From positions 99,822,001-99,886,000 of the forward strand of contig CM059432.1 of the NCBI GenBank assembly GCA_030390025.1: DNA of 64,000 nt, given 5' to 3'. Position numbers and translations under genes: made by a program. Positions 26,402 through 38,136 of the stretch are shown in pieces. Numbering within the stretch: position 1 is the stretch's first letter; each line of letters begins with the position of its first letter. Below the pieces are notes generated by a model. The model saw only the letters and a program-made list of their open reading frames with translations. It was not told the origin of the DNA and searched no databases. Source of the stretch: Squalus acanthias (lineage: Eukaryota).

Positions 26402-27953
26402 AATAAGAACATAAGAACATAAGAAATAGGAGCAGGAGTAGGCCATTCGGCCCTTCGAGCCTGCTCCGCCATTCAATGAGATCATTGCTGATTTTCTGCC
26501 TCAACTCCATTCACTGGCCTTATCGCCAATCCCTTGATGCCCTTAGTAGTCAGAAATCTATCGACTTCTGTTTTGAATATACCCAATGACTGAGCCTCTA
26601 CAGCCCTCTGGGGTAGGGAATTCCAGAGATTCACCACCCTCTGTGTGAAGAAATTTCTTCTCATCTCAGTCCTGAATGGCCTACCCTTTATCCTGAGGCT
26701 GTGGCCCCTGGTTCTAGACTCCCCAGCCAAGGGAAACATTCTCCGTGCATCCACCCTATCAAGCCCTGTAATAATTTTATATGCTTCAATGAGATCCCCT
26801 CTTATTCTTCTGAATTCAAGAGAATACAGGCCTAGTTTACTCAATCTCTTCTCATACGACAGTCCTGCCATCCCAGGAATCAATCTCGTGAACCTTCATT
26901 GCACTCCCTCTATGGCAAGTGTATCCTTCCTTAGGTAAGGAGACCAAAATTGTACACAGTACTCCAGGTGTGGTCTCACCAAGGCCCTATATAATTGGAG
27001 TAAGACTTCTTTACTCCTGTACTCAAATCCTCTTGTAATGAAGGCCAGCATACCATTTGCCTTCCTAATGGCTTGCTGCACCTACACATTCACTTTCAGT
27101 AACTCATGTACAAGGACACCCAGGTCCCTTTGAGCATCTGCATTCCCCAATCTTTCACCATTTAGGAAATACTCTGCCTTTCTGTTTTTTCTACCAAAGT
27201 GGATAACTTCACATTTATCCACATTATAATCCATCTGCCATGTTCTCGCCCACTCACTGAGCCTGTCGAGATCCCCTTGAAGCCTCTTCACATCCTCTTC
27301 GCAACTGACACTGCCACCTAGCTTTGTGTCATCAGCAAATTTGGAAATGTTACATTTAGTCCCCTCATCCAAATCATTGATATAGATTGTGAATAGCTGG
27401 GGCCCAAGCACCGATCCTTACGGTACCCCACTAGTCACAACCTGCCATCCTGAAAAAGACCCGTTTATCCCTACTCTTTGTTTTCTGTCTGTCAACCAAT
27501 TCTCAATCCATGCTAGTATATTACCCCCAATTCCATGTGCCCTAATTTTGTTCACCAACCTCTTGTGTGGGATCTTATCGAAGGCCTTCTGAAAATCCAA
27601 ATGCACCACATCTACCGGTTCCCCTTTGTCTACTCCACTAGTTACATCCTCAAAGAACTCCAATAGGTTTGTCAAACAGGACTTCCCTTTCATAAATCCA
27701 TGTTGACTCTGCCCAATCTTACTGTTAGTTTCTAAGTGCCCAGTTATTGCATTCTTTATAATAGATTCCAACATTTTCCAACTACTGATGTGAGGCTAAC
27801 AGGTCTGTAGTTCCCTGTTTTCTCTCTCTCTCCTTTCTTAAGTAGCGTGGTTACATTTGCTATCCTCCAATCTGCAGGAATCGTTCCAGAATCTATAGAA
27901 TTTTGGAAGATGACAACCAATGCATCCACTATCCCAATGGTCACCTCTTTCAC
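26402..27953 (-). mobile_element. Younger CR1 LINE 3' half
   Basis: NYRPVSLTSVVGK, QHGFMKGKSCLTNL, LDFQKAFDK, KFADDTK and an intact CR1 tail. Confidence 0.92.
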
Positions 27954-28398
27954 TCTCTTTACCCCTCTTATTTCCTTTCTCAGTTCTCCTCTGTAATTTT
28001 TTATTCAGCTTGGTTATCTACTGTATTATGAACCTTACATTTACCATAAGCACCCTTTTCTGTTTCATTTAAGATCTTTAATCATCCAGCTTCTTCGTGG
28101 GAATGTGTCTTGTCTGTCCCCAAACTATCTCCTCTTTGAAGGCCTCCCATTGTTCATTTACTGTTTCACCAGCCAATCTTTGATTCCACTCCACTTGAGC
28201 CAGATCCTTTTTCAACTCACTAAAATTATCCCTCCTCCAGTTGAATATTTTCACATTTGATTTCTCCTTGTCCTTTTCCGTAATTACTCTAAACCTAATA
28301 ATATTGTCCATGATGCGGAGATGCCGGTGTTGGACTGGGGTGGACAAAAATGAGAAGTCGCACAACACCAGGTTATAGTCCAACAGTTTTATTTGAAA

Positions 28399-28436
28399 TC
28401 ACAAGCTTTCGGAGCTTACACCCCTTCCTCAGGTGA
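28399..28436 (-). ncRNA. Minimal type I hammerhead ribozyme
   Basis: Exact reverse complement of 31771-31808. Confidence 0.8.
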
Positions 28437-28748
28437 AGTAAAGAAATACAGAGTCGACAAAGTATATATAGATAGAGAACAATGCATGTGTAACTTACAA
28501 TGGCAGACGACTACATTTAAATCATCCTGACTGTCTATCTGCCGAGCTGTGACAAAAGGCAATCAGGTCAGCCAGGAAGGTACCACATCAAAGACATAGC
28601 AAGATACAACTGAGACAATGAGGTGGAGCCACAGGGGGTCCAATGTGTCAAAAGCCGCAGTCGGTATGGGAAACGATAAACTTTAAAATTTTTACTTTTT
28701 TACTGGGAATCACATCTGTGAACAAGCCAACGACGACTCGAGTCTGGA

Positions 28749-29340
28749 TCACGTCATGTATCGTGACATAAACCCAAGATCCCGGTTGAGGCCGTCCTCA
28801 TGAGTGCGGAACTTGGCTATCAGTTTCTGCTCGATGATTTTGCGTTGTCGTGTGTTTCTAAGACCGCCTTGGAGAACGCTTACCCGCAGATCCGAGGCTG
28901 AATGTCCTTGACTGCTGAAGTGTTCCCCGACTGGGAGGGAACACTCCTGCCTGGTGATTGTTGCGCGGTGTCCGTTCATACGTTGTCTCAGTGTCTGCAT
29001 GGTCTCGCCGATGTACCATACCGCGGTGCATTCTTTCCTGCAACGTATGAGGTAGACAACGTTGGCCGAGTCACATGAGTATGTACCATGTACCTGGTGG
29101 GTAGTGTCCTCACGTGTGATGATGGTATCTGTGTTGATGATCTGGCATGTCTTGCAGAGGTTGCCGTGGCAGGGTTGTGTGGTGTCGTGGTCGCTGTTAT
29201 CCTGAAAGCTGGGTAATTTGCTGCGAACGATGGTATTTCTGAGGTTAGGCGGCTGTTTGAAGGCAAGTAGTGGAGGCGTGGGGATGGCCTTAGCGAGGTG
29301 TTCGTCGTCATCGATGACATGTTGGAGGCTGCGAAGAAAC
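28749..29340 (-). pseudogene. PLE A C-terminal GIY-YIG endonuclease region
   Basis: CKTC, NVVYLIRC, WYIGET, RMNGHR, PVGEHF. Confidence 0.9.
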
Positions 29341-29652
29341 TGATAGCCAAGTTCTGCACTCATGAGGATGGCCTCAACCGGGATCTTGGGTTTATGTCAC
29401 GATACATGACGTGATCCAGACTCGAGTCGTCGTTGGCTTGTTCACAGATGTGATTCCCAGTAAAAAAGTAAAAATTTTAAAGTTTATCGTTTCCCATACC
29501 GACTGTGGCTTTTGACACATTGGACCCCCTGTGGCTCCACCTCATTGTCTCAGTTGTATCTTGCTATGTCTTTGATGTGGTACCTTCCTGGCTGACCTGA
29601 TTGCCTTTTGTCACACCTCGGCAGATAGACAGTCAGGATGATTTAAATGTAG

Positions 29653-31389
29653 TTGTCTGCCATTGTAAGTTACACGTGCATTGTTCTCTATCTATATATA
29701 CTTTATATACACACCCGCCAACTCAATAGACTGATCAAGACCTTCGATCCAGACCTTCAAAACATCCTACGCGCTCTCATCCCACGTACTCCCCGCGTAG
29801 GAGACTTTTACTGCCTCCCAAAGATACACAAAGCCAACACACCCGGACGTCCTATCGTATCAGGCAACGGAACCCTGTGTGAGAACCTCTCTGGGTACGT
29901 CGAGGGCATCCTGAAACCCATCGTACAGGGAACCCCCAGCTTCTGTCGCGACACTACAGACTTCTTGCAGAAACTCAGCACCCATGGACCAGTTGAACCA
30001 GGAACACTCCTCGTCACAATGGACGTATCGGCACTCTACACCAATATCCCCCACAATGACGGCATCGCTGCGACAGCTTCAGTACTCAGCACCAACAACA
30101 GCCAATCTCCGGACGCCATCCTACAACTCATCCGCTTCATCCTTGACCACAATGTCTTCACCTTCGACAACCATTTTTTCACCCAAACACACGGAACAGC
30201 CATGGGGACCAAATTCGCACCCCAATACGCCAACATCTTCATGCACAAGTTCGAGCAAGACTTCTTCGCTGCACAGGACCTCCAACCAACGCTGTACACC
30301 AGATACATCGACGACATCTTCTTCCTTTGGACCCACGGCGAAGGATCACTGAAAGGACTACACGATAGCATCAACAGGTTCCATCCCACCATCAAACTCA
30401 CCATGGACTACTCCTCAGAATCGGTTTCATTCTTGGACACACGAATCTCCATCAAAGACGGACGCCTCAGCACTTCACTCTACCGCAAGCCCACGGACAA
30501 CCTCACGATGCTCCACTTCTCCAGCTTCCACCCTAACCACGTTAAAGAAGCCATCCCCTATGGACAAGCCCTGCGAATACACAGGATCTGCTCAGACGAG
30601 GAGGAACGCGATGGACACCTACGGACACTGAAAGACGCCCTCATAAGAACGGGATATGACGCTCGACTCGTCGATCGACAGTTCCGACGGGCCACAGCGA
30701 AAAACCGCATAGACCTCCTCAGAAGACGAACACGGGACACAACCAACAGAGTACCCTACATCGTCCAGTACTTCCCCGGAGCGGAAAAACTACGCCATGT
30801 TCTTCGCAGCCTTCAACATGTCATCGATGACGACGAACACCTTGCTAAGGCCATCCCCACGCCTCCACTACTCGCCTTCAAGCAGCCGCCTAACCTCAAA
30901 AGTACCATCGTTCGCAGCAGATTACCCATCTTTCAGGAGAACAGCAACCAAGACACCACACAACCCTGCCACGGCAACCTCTGCAAGACATGCCAAATCA
31001 TGGACACAGATACCATCATTACACGTGAGGACACTACCCACCAGGTACACGGTACATACTCATGTGACTCGGCCAACGTTGTCTACCTGATACGTTGCAG
31101 TAAAGGATGCTCCAGAGCATGGTACATCGGCGAGACCATGCAGACACTGAGACAACGTATGAACGGACACCGCGCAACAATCGCCAGGCAGGAGGGTTGC
31201 CTCCCAGTCGGGGAACACTTCAGCAGCCAGGGGCATTCAGCCTCGGATCTGCGGGTAAGCGTTCTCCAAGGCGGCCTTCGAGATACACGACAGCGCAAAA
31301 TCATAGAGCAGAAACTGATAGCCAAGTTCCGCACTCATGAGGATGGCCTCAATCGCGATATCGGGTTCATGTCACGATACAGAACGTGA
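29653..31389 (+). CDS. PLE reverse transcriptase + GIY-YIG endonuclease (uninterrupted frame; the first ~19 codons are flanking sequence)
   Basis: FYCLPKIHK, GRPIVS, MDVSALYTNIP, GTAMGTKFAPQYANIFM, RYIDD, FLD, LYRKPTD, NVVYLIRC...YIGET. Confidence 0.93.
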   Translation: MSAIVSYTCIVLYLYILYIHTRQLNRLIKTFDPDLQNILRALIPRTPRVGDFYCLPKIHKANTPGRPIVSGNGTLCENLSGYVEGILKPIVQGTPSFCRDTTDFLQKLSTHGPVEPGTLLVTMDVSALYTNIPHNDGIAATASVLSTNNSQSPDAILQLIRFILDHNVFTFDNHFFTQTHGTAMGTKFAPQYANIFMHKFEQDFFAAQDLQPTLYTRYIDDIFFLWTHGEGSLKGLHDSINRFHPTIKLTMDYSSESVSFLDTRISIKDGRLSTSLYRKPTDNLTMLHFSSFHPNHVKEAIPYGQALRIHRICSDEEERDGHLRTLKDALIRTGYDARLVDRQFRRATAKNRIDLLRRRTRDTTNRVPYIVQYFPGAEKLRHVLRSLQHVIDDDEHLAKAIPTPPLLAFKQPPNLKSTIVRSRLPIFQENSNQDTTQPCHGNLCKTCQIMDTDTIITREDTTHQVHGTYSCDSANVVYLIRCSKGCSRAWYIGETMQTLRQRMNGHRATIARQEGCLPVGEHFSSQGHSASDLRVSVLQGGLRDTRQRKIIEQKLIAKFRTHEDGLNRDIGFMSRYRT

Positions 31390-31736
31390 CTTGACATCAT
31401 GGCCGGTCTTCCCAGGTGTTTTTTTTTAAAAAGACTAACACAAGAACACAAATTGACAGGATATGCAGCCAGCAGGTGGTTTGACACGTTGGACCCCCTG
31501 GGACACATCTCATTGTCTTGGCTGTGCTCTTTGTTGTAGGGAATAATGTGAATAGATTTTGTCTGGGTTTAAATTGTGAATTCTGGGAGATTCTCTCATT
31601 GCTAACTTACCTGACAAAGGAGCGAACTGCTTCGAAAGCTTGTAAAATTAAATAAATCTGTTGGACTATAACCTGGTGTTGTGCGACTTCTCATTTTTGT
31701 CCACCCCAGTCCAATGCCGGCATCTCCACATCATGA
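29705..31736 (+). mobile_element. Penelope-like element B, 5'-truncated, nested in PLE A
   Basis: Exact TSD TATATATACTTT at 29693-29704 and 31737-31748. Its 3'UTR differs from that of PLE A. Confidence 0.9.
31607..31645 (+). ncRNA. Hammerhead ribozyme motif of PLE B (core variant CTGACAA)
   Basis: TTAC-CTGACAA-aGGAGCgaactGCTTC-GAAA-GCTT-GTAA. Confidence 0.65.
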
Positions 31737-31770
31737 TATATATACTTTGTCAACTCTGTATTTCTTTACT

Positions 31771-31808
31771 TCACCTGAGGAAGGGGTGTAAGCTCCGAAA
31801 GCTTGTGA
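31771..31808 (+). ncRNA. Minimal type I hammerhead ribozyme of PLE A
   Basis: TCAC-CTGAGGA-aGGGGT(GTAA)GCTCC-GAAA-GCTT-GTGA: conserved core, GNRA-capped stem II and palindromic AAGCTT stem III. Confidence 0.82.
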
Positions 31809-33375
31809 TTTCAAATAAAACTGTTGGACTATAACCTGGTGTTGTGCGACTTCTCATAATAATATTGTGATCACTGTTTCCCAAATGCTCCCCCAGTGAA
31901 ACATACTCCACTTGCCTCACTTCATTCCCCAGAACTAAATCCAGCACTGCTTCCTTACTTGCTGAAAACATACTAATCAAGGAAGTCCTCTTTACCCTTT
32001 ACAATGCTATTTTCCCAGTTTATATTAGGATAATTGAAGTCCCCCATTATCACTACTCTAAATTTCTCGCATCTTTCTGCAACTTGCCTGCAAATTTACT
32101 CTTCTATCTCCTTCCCTCTGTTTGGTGGCCTATAGTATACATTAGCAGCATAATAGCTTCTCTATTGTTCCTTAATTCTAACCAAATAGATTTTGTCTTT
32201 GAACCCTCAAGTACATCATCCTTTTCTAGAGCTGTAACAGAATCTTTGATCAATATTGTTACCCCCCATCCTTTTATCCCTTCCCTATCTTTCCTGAATA
32301 CATTGTAGCCAGGAATATTAAGTGTTCATTCCTCCCCTTGTTTAAGCCAGGTCTCCATTATTGCCACTATATCATAATTCCATATGGCTACTTGAGCCTG
32401 CAGCTCACCAACTTTACTTACCTTGCTCCGTCTATTTATGCACATGCACTCCAATCACATCTTAGTCTGCCTTGCATTTATCCACCCCACCACCCCACCA
32501 TCCCACCCCCTCCCTTCTGATTCCTCATATTCCTGAACTACTCTTTATTCTAATACTGTTTGTTTCTCCCAGTCTTCTGTGCACCTTGTATCTCCTCTCT
32601 AATGCTTGATCTTGGTGCCCCTTCCCCCACAACACTTGTTAACCTCCCTGCGAGGACATTGATCCTAGCCCTATTGAGGTGCAACCTGTGCATCTTGTAC
32701 AGGTCCCAAGAACTGGTCCCAAAGCCCCAGGAATCTGAAGCTGCACCCCATCCCCCACCATCACCTCCACTCCGATTGATGTTTAGAAGCAGAGAATGTG
32801 CTTTTGTTTCTTAAAAGGGGTTGCTTCCCTTTATTCTTGGAACAATAGCTAAAGCAAGCATACTAATGCCGAGACTTTCTTTGGGGCTGCGCAATTATAA
32901 CTTTGCTTGAAGTGCGGCATAAACTTCAGTTTACACATGCAAACAGGGTTTCCGCTGCACTTCCGGCAATGTTATGGCAGTAAAGTGGAAGCAGCTCTAA
33001 TGAAATTTCTAGCCTGAGTGTAAAAGCCATGCCCTGTGTTTGGTTGCTATTAATGATGTAGGCTGATGAGACTCTGTTTAGCTGGTCAGTGTGTTGTACT
33101 ATATGGCCGCGATTTTCCAAGTGGAGGCGGGTTGGAGGCGGCTTTGCTGTTCAGCGGGTTCTGGTCCCGCTGCCGGTTTCAGCCTCCCTGGAATTACAAT
33201 TTTTGCTTCAGTGGGCTGATTAAGCCTGTCGTGCGTGTTACCCGGCCCAATCAGTGGGTTCAGGTCTGCTGCTCGCCTCTGCTGACGTCTTTCAGCCAGC
33301 TGCATTAAAGGGGCCCATGCAGCCTCGTTTTTGATCAATCCTATTCTGCTGCTTCTCGGTGTGGCACATCTGAAA

Positions 33376-35287
33376 ATGACTGCTCAAGACCAAAGGCATC
33401 TCCCAGATTCGATGATGACTCCCTCCATGCTCTCGTGGAGGGAGTGAGAGGGCGCCAAAAGCTACTGTTCCCCTCAAACAGACGGAGGAAACCTCCTCAG
33501 CAAACCAAAGCAGCCTGGTTGCAAATTGCTGAGGAGATGAGCGCCAGGTCTTTGTGTGGTCACACCTGGGTTCAGTGCAGGAAAAGGTTCAATGATCTGC
33601 TACGCACAGCAAAAGTGAGTATAACATGACACTTACCTTCAATCTGCTCCCCATCTCCTTTCATCACCAGCACTCTGCATTGTCAACCGACTCCTGCACA
33701 TCCTATTTTAACCTTACATCCCTTGCACCCTTAACCATCCCTCATTCTCTATGTACAGAATCACTTCACTATTCTACTATGCACCCCTCACACTCGCTAT
33801 CACTGTTATGCAATGACAACAACTAACAGCGCACAGGGAGGGCCCTTGGTATTGGCACCTCACTCCATCTTTGTCTCCCTTTAAGCATCTATGCTATGGA
33901 TTCTCTACATTCACTCCAACATTCACACTCAAACTCTACTTGTGTCCCTCATTGCACGAAAAGAGAGACCATAATAAGAGGGAGAGGGGCAGGACAGGAG
34001 GAGGGTCACCTTCGATTGCCCACTTGACCACTGCTGAGGAGGCTCCTCTTGACATCGTCGGAGATGCTGAGGATCTGGAAGTGGGGGACAGTCAGATGGG
34101 CACAGCAGAGCAAGTTGGTGACAGAATAGATTTGCAGCCCTCTCATTTAGATTGCATGAGTGACTGATATGGCATCTGATGTTCATACAGATTGAGTTCT
34201 GATCATCTGCACAATGGGATGTGTCTGCTACGTTAATATCACATGTCTAACTCATGCCTTTACTCCCCCACAGGACCATCGAGAGCCCCCTTCCCACTGT
34301 CCAGGAGGAAGAGCTGGAAGACTCTTCAGAGGAAGTTGCAACCTCTGAGGACGCACTGTCAGCAGAATTGAGCGTACCCAGCACCAGCACAGAGACGCAC
34401 ACCTCGGTGGGTCATTTGCGAGATAGAGTAGTGTTGTCACCTGATGTATCACAGCTCACAAGTGAGCATCAGCAGATGGTGGAGACAGGGACAGCAGTGG
34501 AGAGTCCTCGTCGGAGGCCGCAGGGCGCTCCTAGCTTTGCTCAGCTGCTTGTGGACCCTGCGTCTCTGGGGCCATCCAGAAAGAGAGCAGTACTGGAACT
34601 TCAGCAACAAGTGCAGGATTCTCTAACAGGGTTTGCATCCACGGTAACTGCAAGTGTGCAGAGAATGGAGGAGTCCATCTCAAACATAAGCAATGCCATG
34701 GTGGAGGCAATGGTGCATGAACGTGCCACCATGGAGAGGGTGGCAACCTCCTTGGAGGACATAATTTGCCAGACTCAACAGAGCATGGTGACTCTTCTAA
34801 ATAGATGGTCTGCTATAGGGGATAGATGGGCAGCTATTGAGGAGAGACACCAGAGGTACATGGACATCCCCGTTATGAGGACTGTCAGTACAGAAACGGG
34901 TCTCATGACCCCACTGATGGGCAGCAAGGTGCTCTCCAGCTACTTGCTAGCAGTGAAGTGCGGGCAACCCATGAGAGGGACGTTGGTGGTCGACAACAAG
35001 TAAGTGTGGGCTCCTCTCCAAGCGCTCATACTCCCATGCCACTGCGGAGCCCTCGCTCAGAGCCCCAGATTCCTCACCCAACTGAGATGGCCATCTCAGC
35101 CCCTGCACAGCCGCAGGAGGAGCAGACTGTTGCCGAGCCCTCCCAGGCTCCCAAACCCAGAGGACGCCTGCCAAAGGCGTCAAAGCAGGAGCAGCATGAA
35201 AGTGAGCAAGGTGCCTCCACATCTGCTAAAGTCACAGGGGAAGCACCAAGTAGAAGCACGCATAAGAGAAAGTTAACACACACATAG
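33376..35287 (+). pseudogene. Myb/SANT gene of Harbinger B (exons ~33376-33613, ~33958-34118, 34274-35287)
   Basis: AWLQIAEEMSARSLCGHTWVQCRKRFNDLLR with a GTGAGT donor, EKRDHNKRERGRTGGG, and a long Ser/Glu-rich coiled-coil exon. Contains frameshifts. Confidence 0.85.
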
Positions 35288-35550
35288 TCACAAGGGTAGT
35301 CACTTGGGTGTTTTGATGTCATACATATTTAAGATTATGATCAGCATTTCAATTGTAATAAAGAAATGCGATGGCAAACATTCAAAGAGTTGGCCTATGT
35401 GTGCCCAGAAATGGAAGTGTCACAGTGAGGTGTCAGGACGCCTTTCATCTGTAATGATGGTGGTGAGAGTGATAGGAACCCACAGTTTATTGTACAGATG
35501 GTGTATGGTGTGTTAAGAAGGTGGCAACCACATGTGTTTGCTTCATAAAC

Positions 35551-36761
35551 TTAAGCGAATCTGGCATGGATTAGTGCAACCCTTGCATCACAGCCATCAA
35601 TGTGCTCGCATGCTGGTGGAACTGGTGGACCTCTGCAATGTCTTCCTCCTCCTCCTCCTCTTCTGAGGCTGTGCGCTGAGCCACTTGTTCCTCAGGCAGC
35701 GGTAAGCCACGCTGCTGTGCGATGTTGTGCGGTGCACAGCAGACCAAGATGATTCTGGAGACCCTGGCTGGTGAGTACTGTAGGGCTCCACCTGATCTGT
35801 CGAGGGATCTGAATCACATTTTGAGCAAGCCGATGGTTTGCTCGATGATGGCTCTTTTGGAAATGAGGCTGCCATTGTAGAGCTCCTCAGCTTCATTTGA
35901 TGGCCTCCTCAACGGCATCATTAGCCACGTCTTCAGGGGATCGTCCTTGTCTCCAAGTAGCCATCCGGAAAGTTGGGTTGGCGGATTGAAGAGCTGAGGC
36001 ACAGTAGACTGCCGCAGGATGAACGAGTCATGGCAACTGCCAGGGAACTTGGCGCAAACATGCATAATGTCCTTTCTGTGGTTACACACCAGCTGGATGT
36101 TAAGGGAGTGGAAGCCCTTGTGGTTCACAAATACAGCTTAGTTGTGATGGGGTGCCCTAATAGCCACATGTGTGCAGTCTACGACGCCCTGCACACTTGG
36201 CAAGCCTGCCATATTTGCAAAGCCAACCGCACGCGCGGTTACACTTGCTTCGTCTGTGGAGAAGTGAATGTAATTGTGCGCCTTTGCGAAGAGGGCATCG
36301 GTAACCTGCGTGATGCAAGTGTGTGCGGCTGACTGGGAGATGCCGCTGATGTCTGCTGATGATCCCTGGAAGGAACCTGAAGCAAAAAAATTGAGTGCGG
36401 TGGTGACTTTGACAGCCACTGTTAAGGAGTGTCCACCCGCTCCTCTGGGCTCCAGGTGTTGGTGCAGCATTGTGCAGATGTCAGCGACTACCTATCACGG
36501 AAGTCTCAGCCTCCTTTGGCACTGCTGCTCAGTCATGTTGAGGAAGCTCATCCTCTGCCTATAAACCCTGTGTTGGGGGTATCTCCTGTGGCACGGTGCA
36601 GCCCTGCGCTGACGCCCTCTGCCCTGTGCAGCATCAGGTGGGTGAGGAGGAGGTTGCCGCTCTTGTTGTTGGTGCTGCTGGTGTGCCTGGTTCTGTTACT
36701 GCCGCGGCTGCTCTTCCTCCGATTTTGAGGACCAGGATGAGAGGGTATAAATAGTTCCCAT
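35551..36761 (-). pseudogene. HARBI1-like transposase of Harbinger B
   Basis: [55 protein letters not shown]. Contains stops and frameshifts. Confidence 0.92.
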
Positions 36762-37443
36762 TCCACTGGCATATATCTCAGTTGTGGAATAGATGTTATA
36801 AGCGCTCAGGCAATGTGGGGAGAGGGTTTTCCAAGGAGGTCACAGTGCATGTGGATCTCAGCTTAACCACTTACAAGCTCAATAGACCTGCAAAAAGTGT
36901 TCCAACTCCTCAAAAATCAAAGTTCTGTCTTCTGAAACTCAACCATGTTACAGGTCCGCTTTTATGCTGCAGGTGCAGCTGTCAAGAATTCAGGTACAAT
37001 CAGCTGGCGTGTTTTGCGAATGGCATGGAACATGCTGAAAATGTCCTAAAATGGGAAGAGCTGGCTAAAATCGGATTATGTAGGCAGTTAACAAGCTGTT
37101 AACTGCCTAAAGTGCCTCTCCCGCCGCTTGGTGGCGGGTCCAATCGGGACTCCCAGACCCGATACTTGGCAAAGTTGTGTGGAGGCGGGTTGACGGCGGG
37201 TTCAGAACCCACCGTCAATCAAAATGAATTTAACCTCTGACCCGCCTCCAAACCCGCCCTCTGAGCGCTGCCAAAATCGCGGCCTAAGTGTCTATTCTAT
37301 GAATGGAAAATTACTGAACACTTGTACCAGTCTTATGAGATGGAAGTGTTATACTTGTTAAAATTGGAATGTCTGGGTGTGTGTCTAATAATAATTTTCA
37401 TGGTGTCTGTTGTAATTGTGTAGAAAGCTGGTGTGGACAGATA

Positions 37444-38073
37444 GGGCTGGATTTTCATTGACCCGTGGAGGCGGATTTGGAGGCGTGTGGGGGGTTAAAA
37501 TTGCAAAAAGTGGCGGGCGGACACAAGTCCGCCTCCATCCTACCTCCACGCAATTTTGATGAAATCGTGTCTGCTCGTCCCACCTGCGTCCCGCCTTTAA
37601 GAGATGGGATAGGCTGTTAAGGCCCTTAACAAGCACTAAATTGGCTCTATAATGCCATTTTGAAAGGCATTTGTGATTTTAACCCTTGTTCTACGTGAAG
37701 CACGCCTGTTCTGAAACATGATTGTGAAACCTGGCGGGAGCATATCAGTGAGTGAGTGGCTGGCTGGCATCTGGGAGTGGTGGAGCAAAAAAAATTCTCT
37801 CTCTCTCTCTCTCTCCTGCTCATTTTGCATCCAGGTCCTCTCACAGCAAAGGCCAGGCAGTCTCTGACCTTCAATGCAGCAGCAATGATGACATCATCAG
37901 AGGTGACTTTCAGACTGAAAACACTAATTGGGTCATGGGTTCCCACATGCTGGAACTCAATTGCCCAATTAGGTGAAAATTGCATCAATCTCCCACATCC
38001 AATTGCAGTCGGGTGGATAACACGAAATGCGGATGACACGACCTCAACCCGCCCCAGTATCAAAATCCAGCCC
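37444..38073. mobile_element. Harbinger-type MITE
   Basis: Perfect 12-bp TIR GGGCTGGATTTT with ATA TSD. Confidence 0.85.
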
Positions 38074-38136
38074 ATAGTCTTTGTATGCGAGATAAAACAC
38101 GGAAGAGGTATCTGTGCATGATAACCAGGCAACATT

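Larger units (their letters stand above)
28308..31856. mobile_element. Penelope-like element A (inverted two-arm structure; hosts PLE B)
   Basis: Minus arm 28308-29340 holds the GIY-YIG ORF end, 3'UTR and hammerhead. The plus arm is 29335-29704 plus 31737-31856. Exact TSD TAATAATATTGT at 28296-28307 and 31857-31868. Confidence 0.9.
24670..32720 (-). mobile_element. Older CR1 LINE split by multiple younger insertions
   Basis: Collinear RT/APE remnants at 24670-26400, 27950-28307 and 31857-32720. GNSDHNII|RF is interrupted by the PLE. Confidence 0.8.
33105..37284. mobile_element. PIF/Harbinger transposon copy B, full length (4180 bp), no nested inserts seen
   Basis: Perfect 12-bp TIR GGCCGCGATTTT, flanks TAT/TAA, and convergent Myb (+) and transposase (-) genes. 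Confidence 0.93.

Noticed and set aside
29653..29709. N-terminus of the 578-aa ORF as a real start
   Set aside because: It derives from PLE A 3'UTR and TSD with a non-ATG start. PLE B is 5'-truncated.
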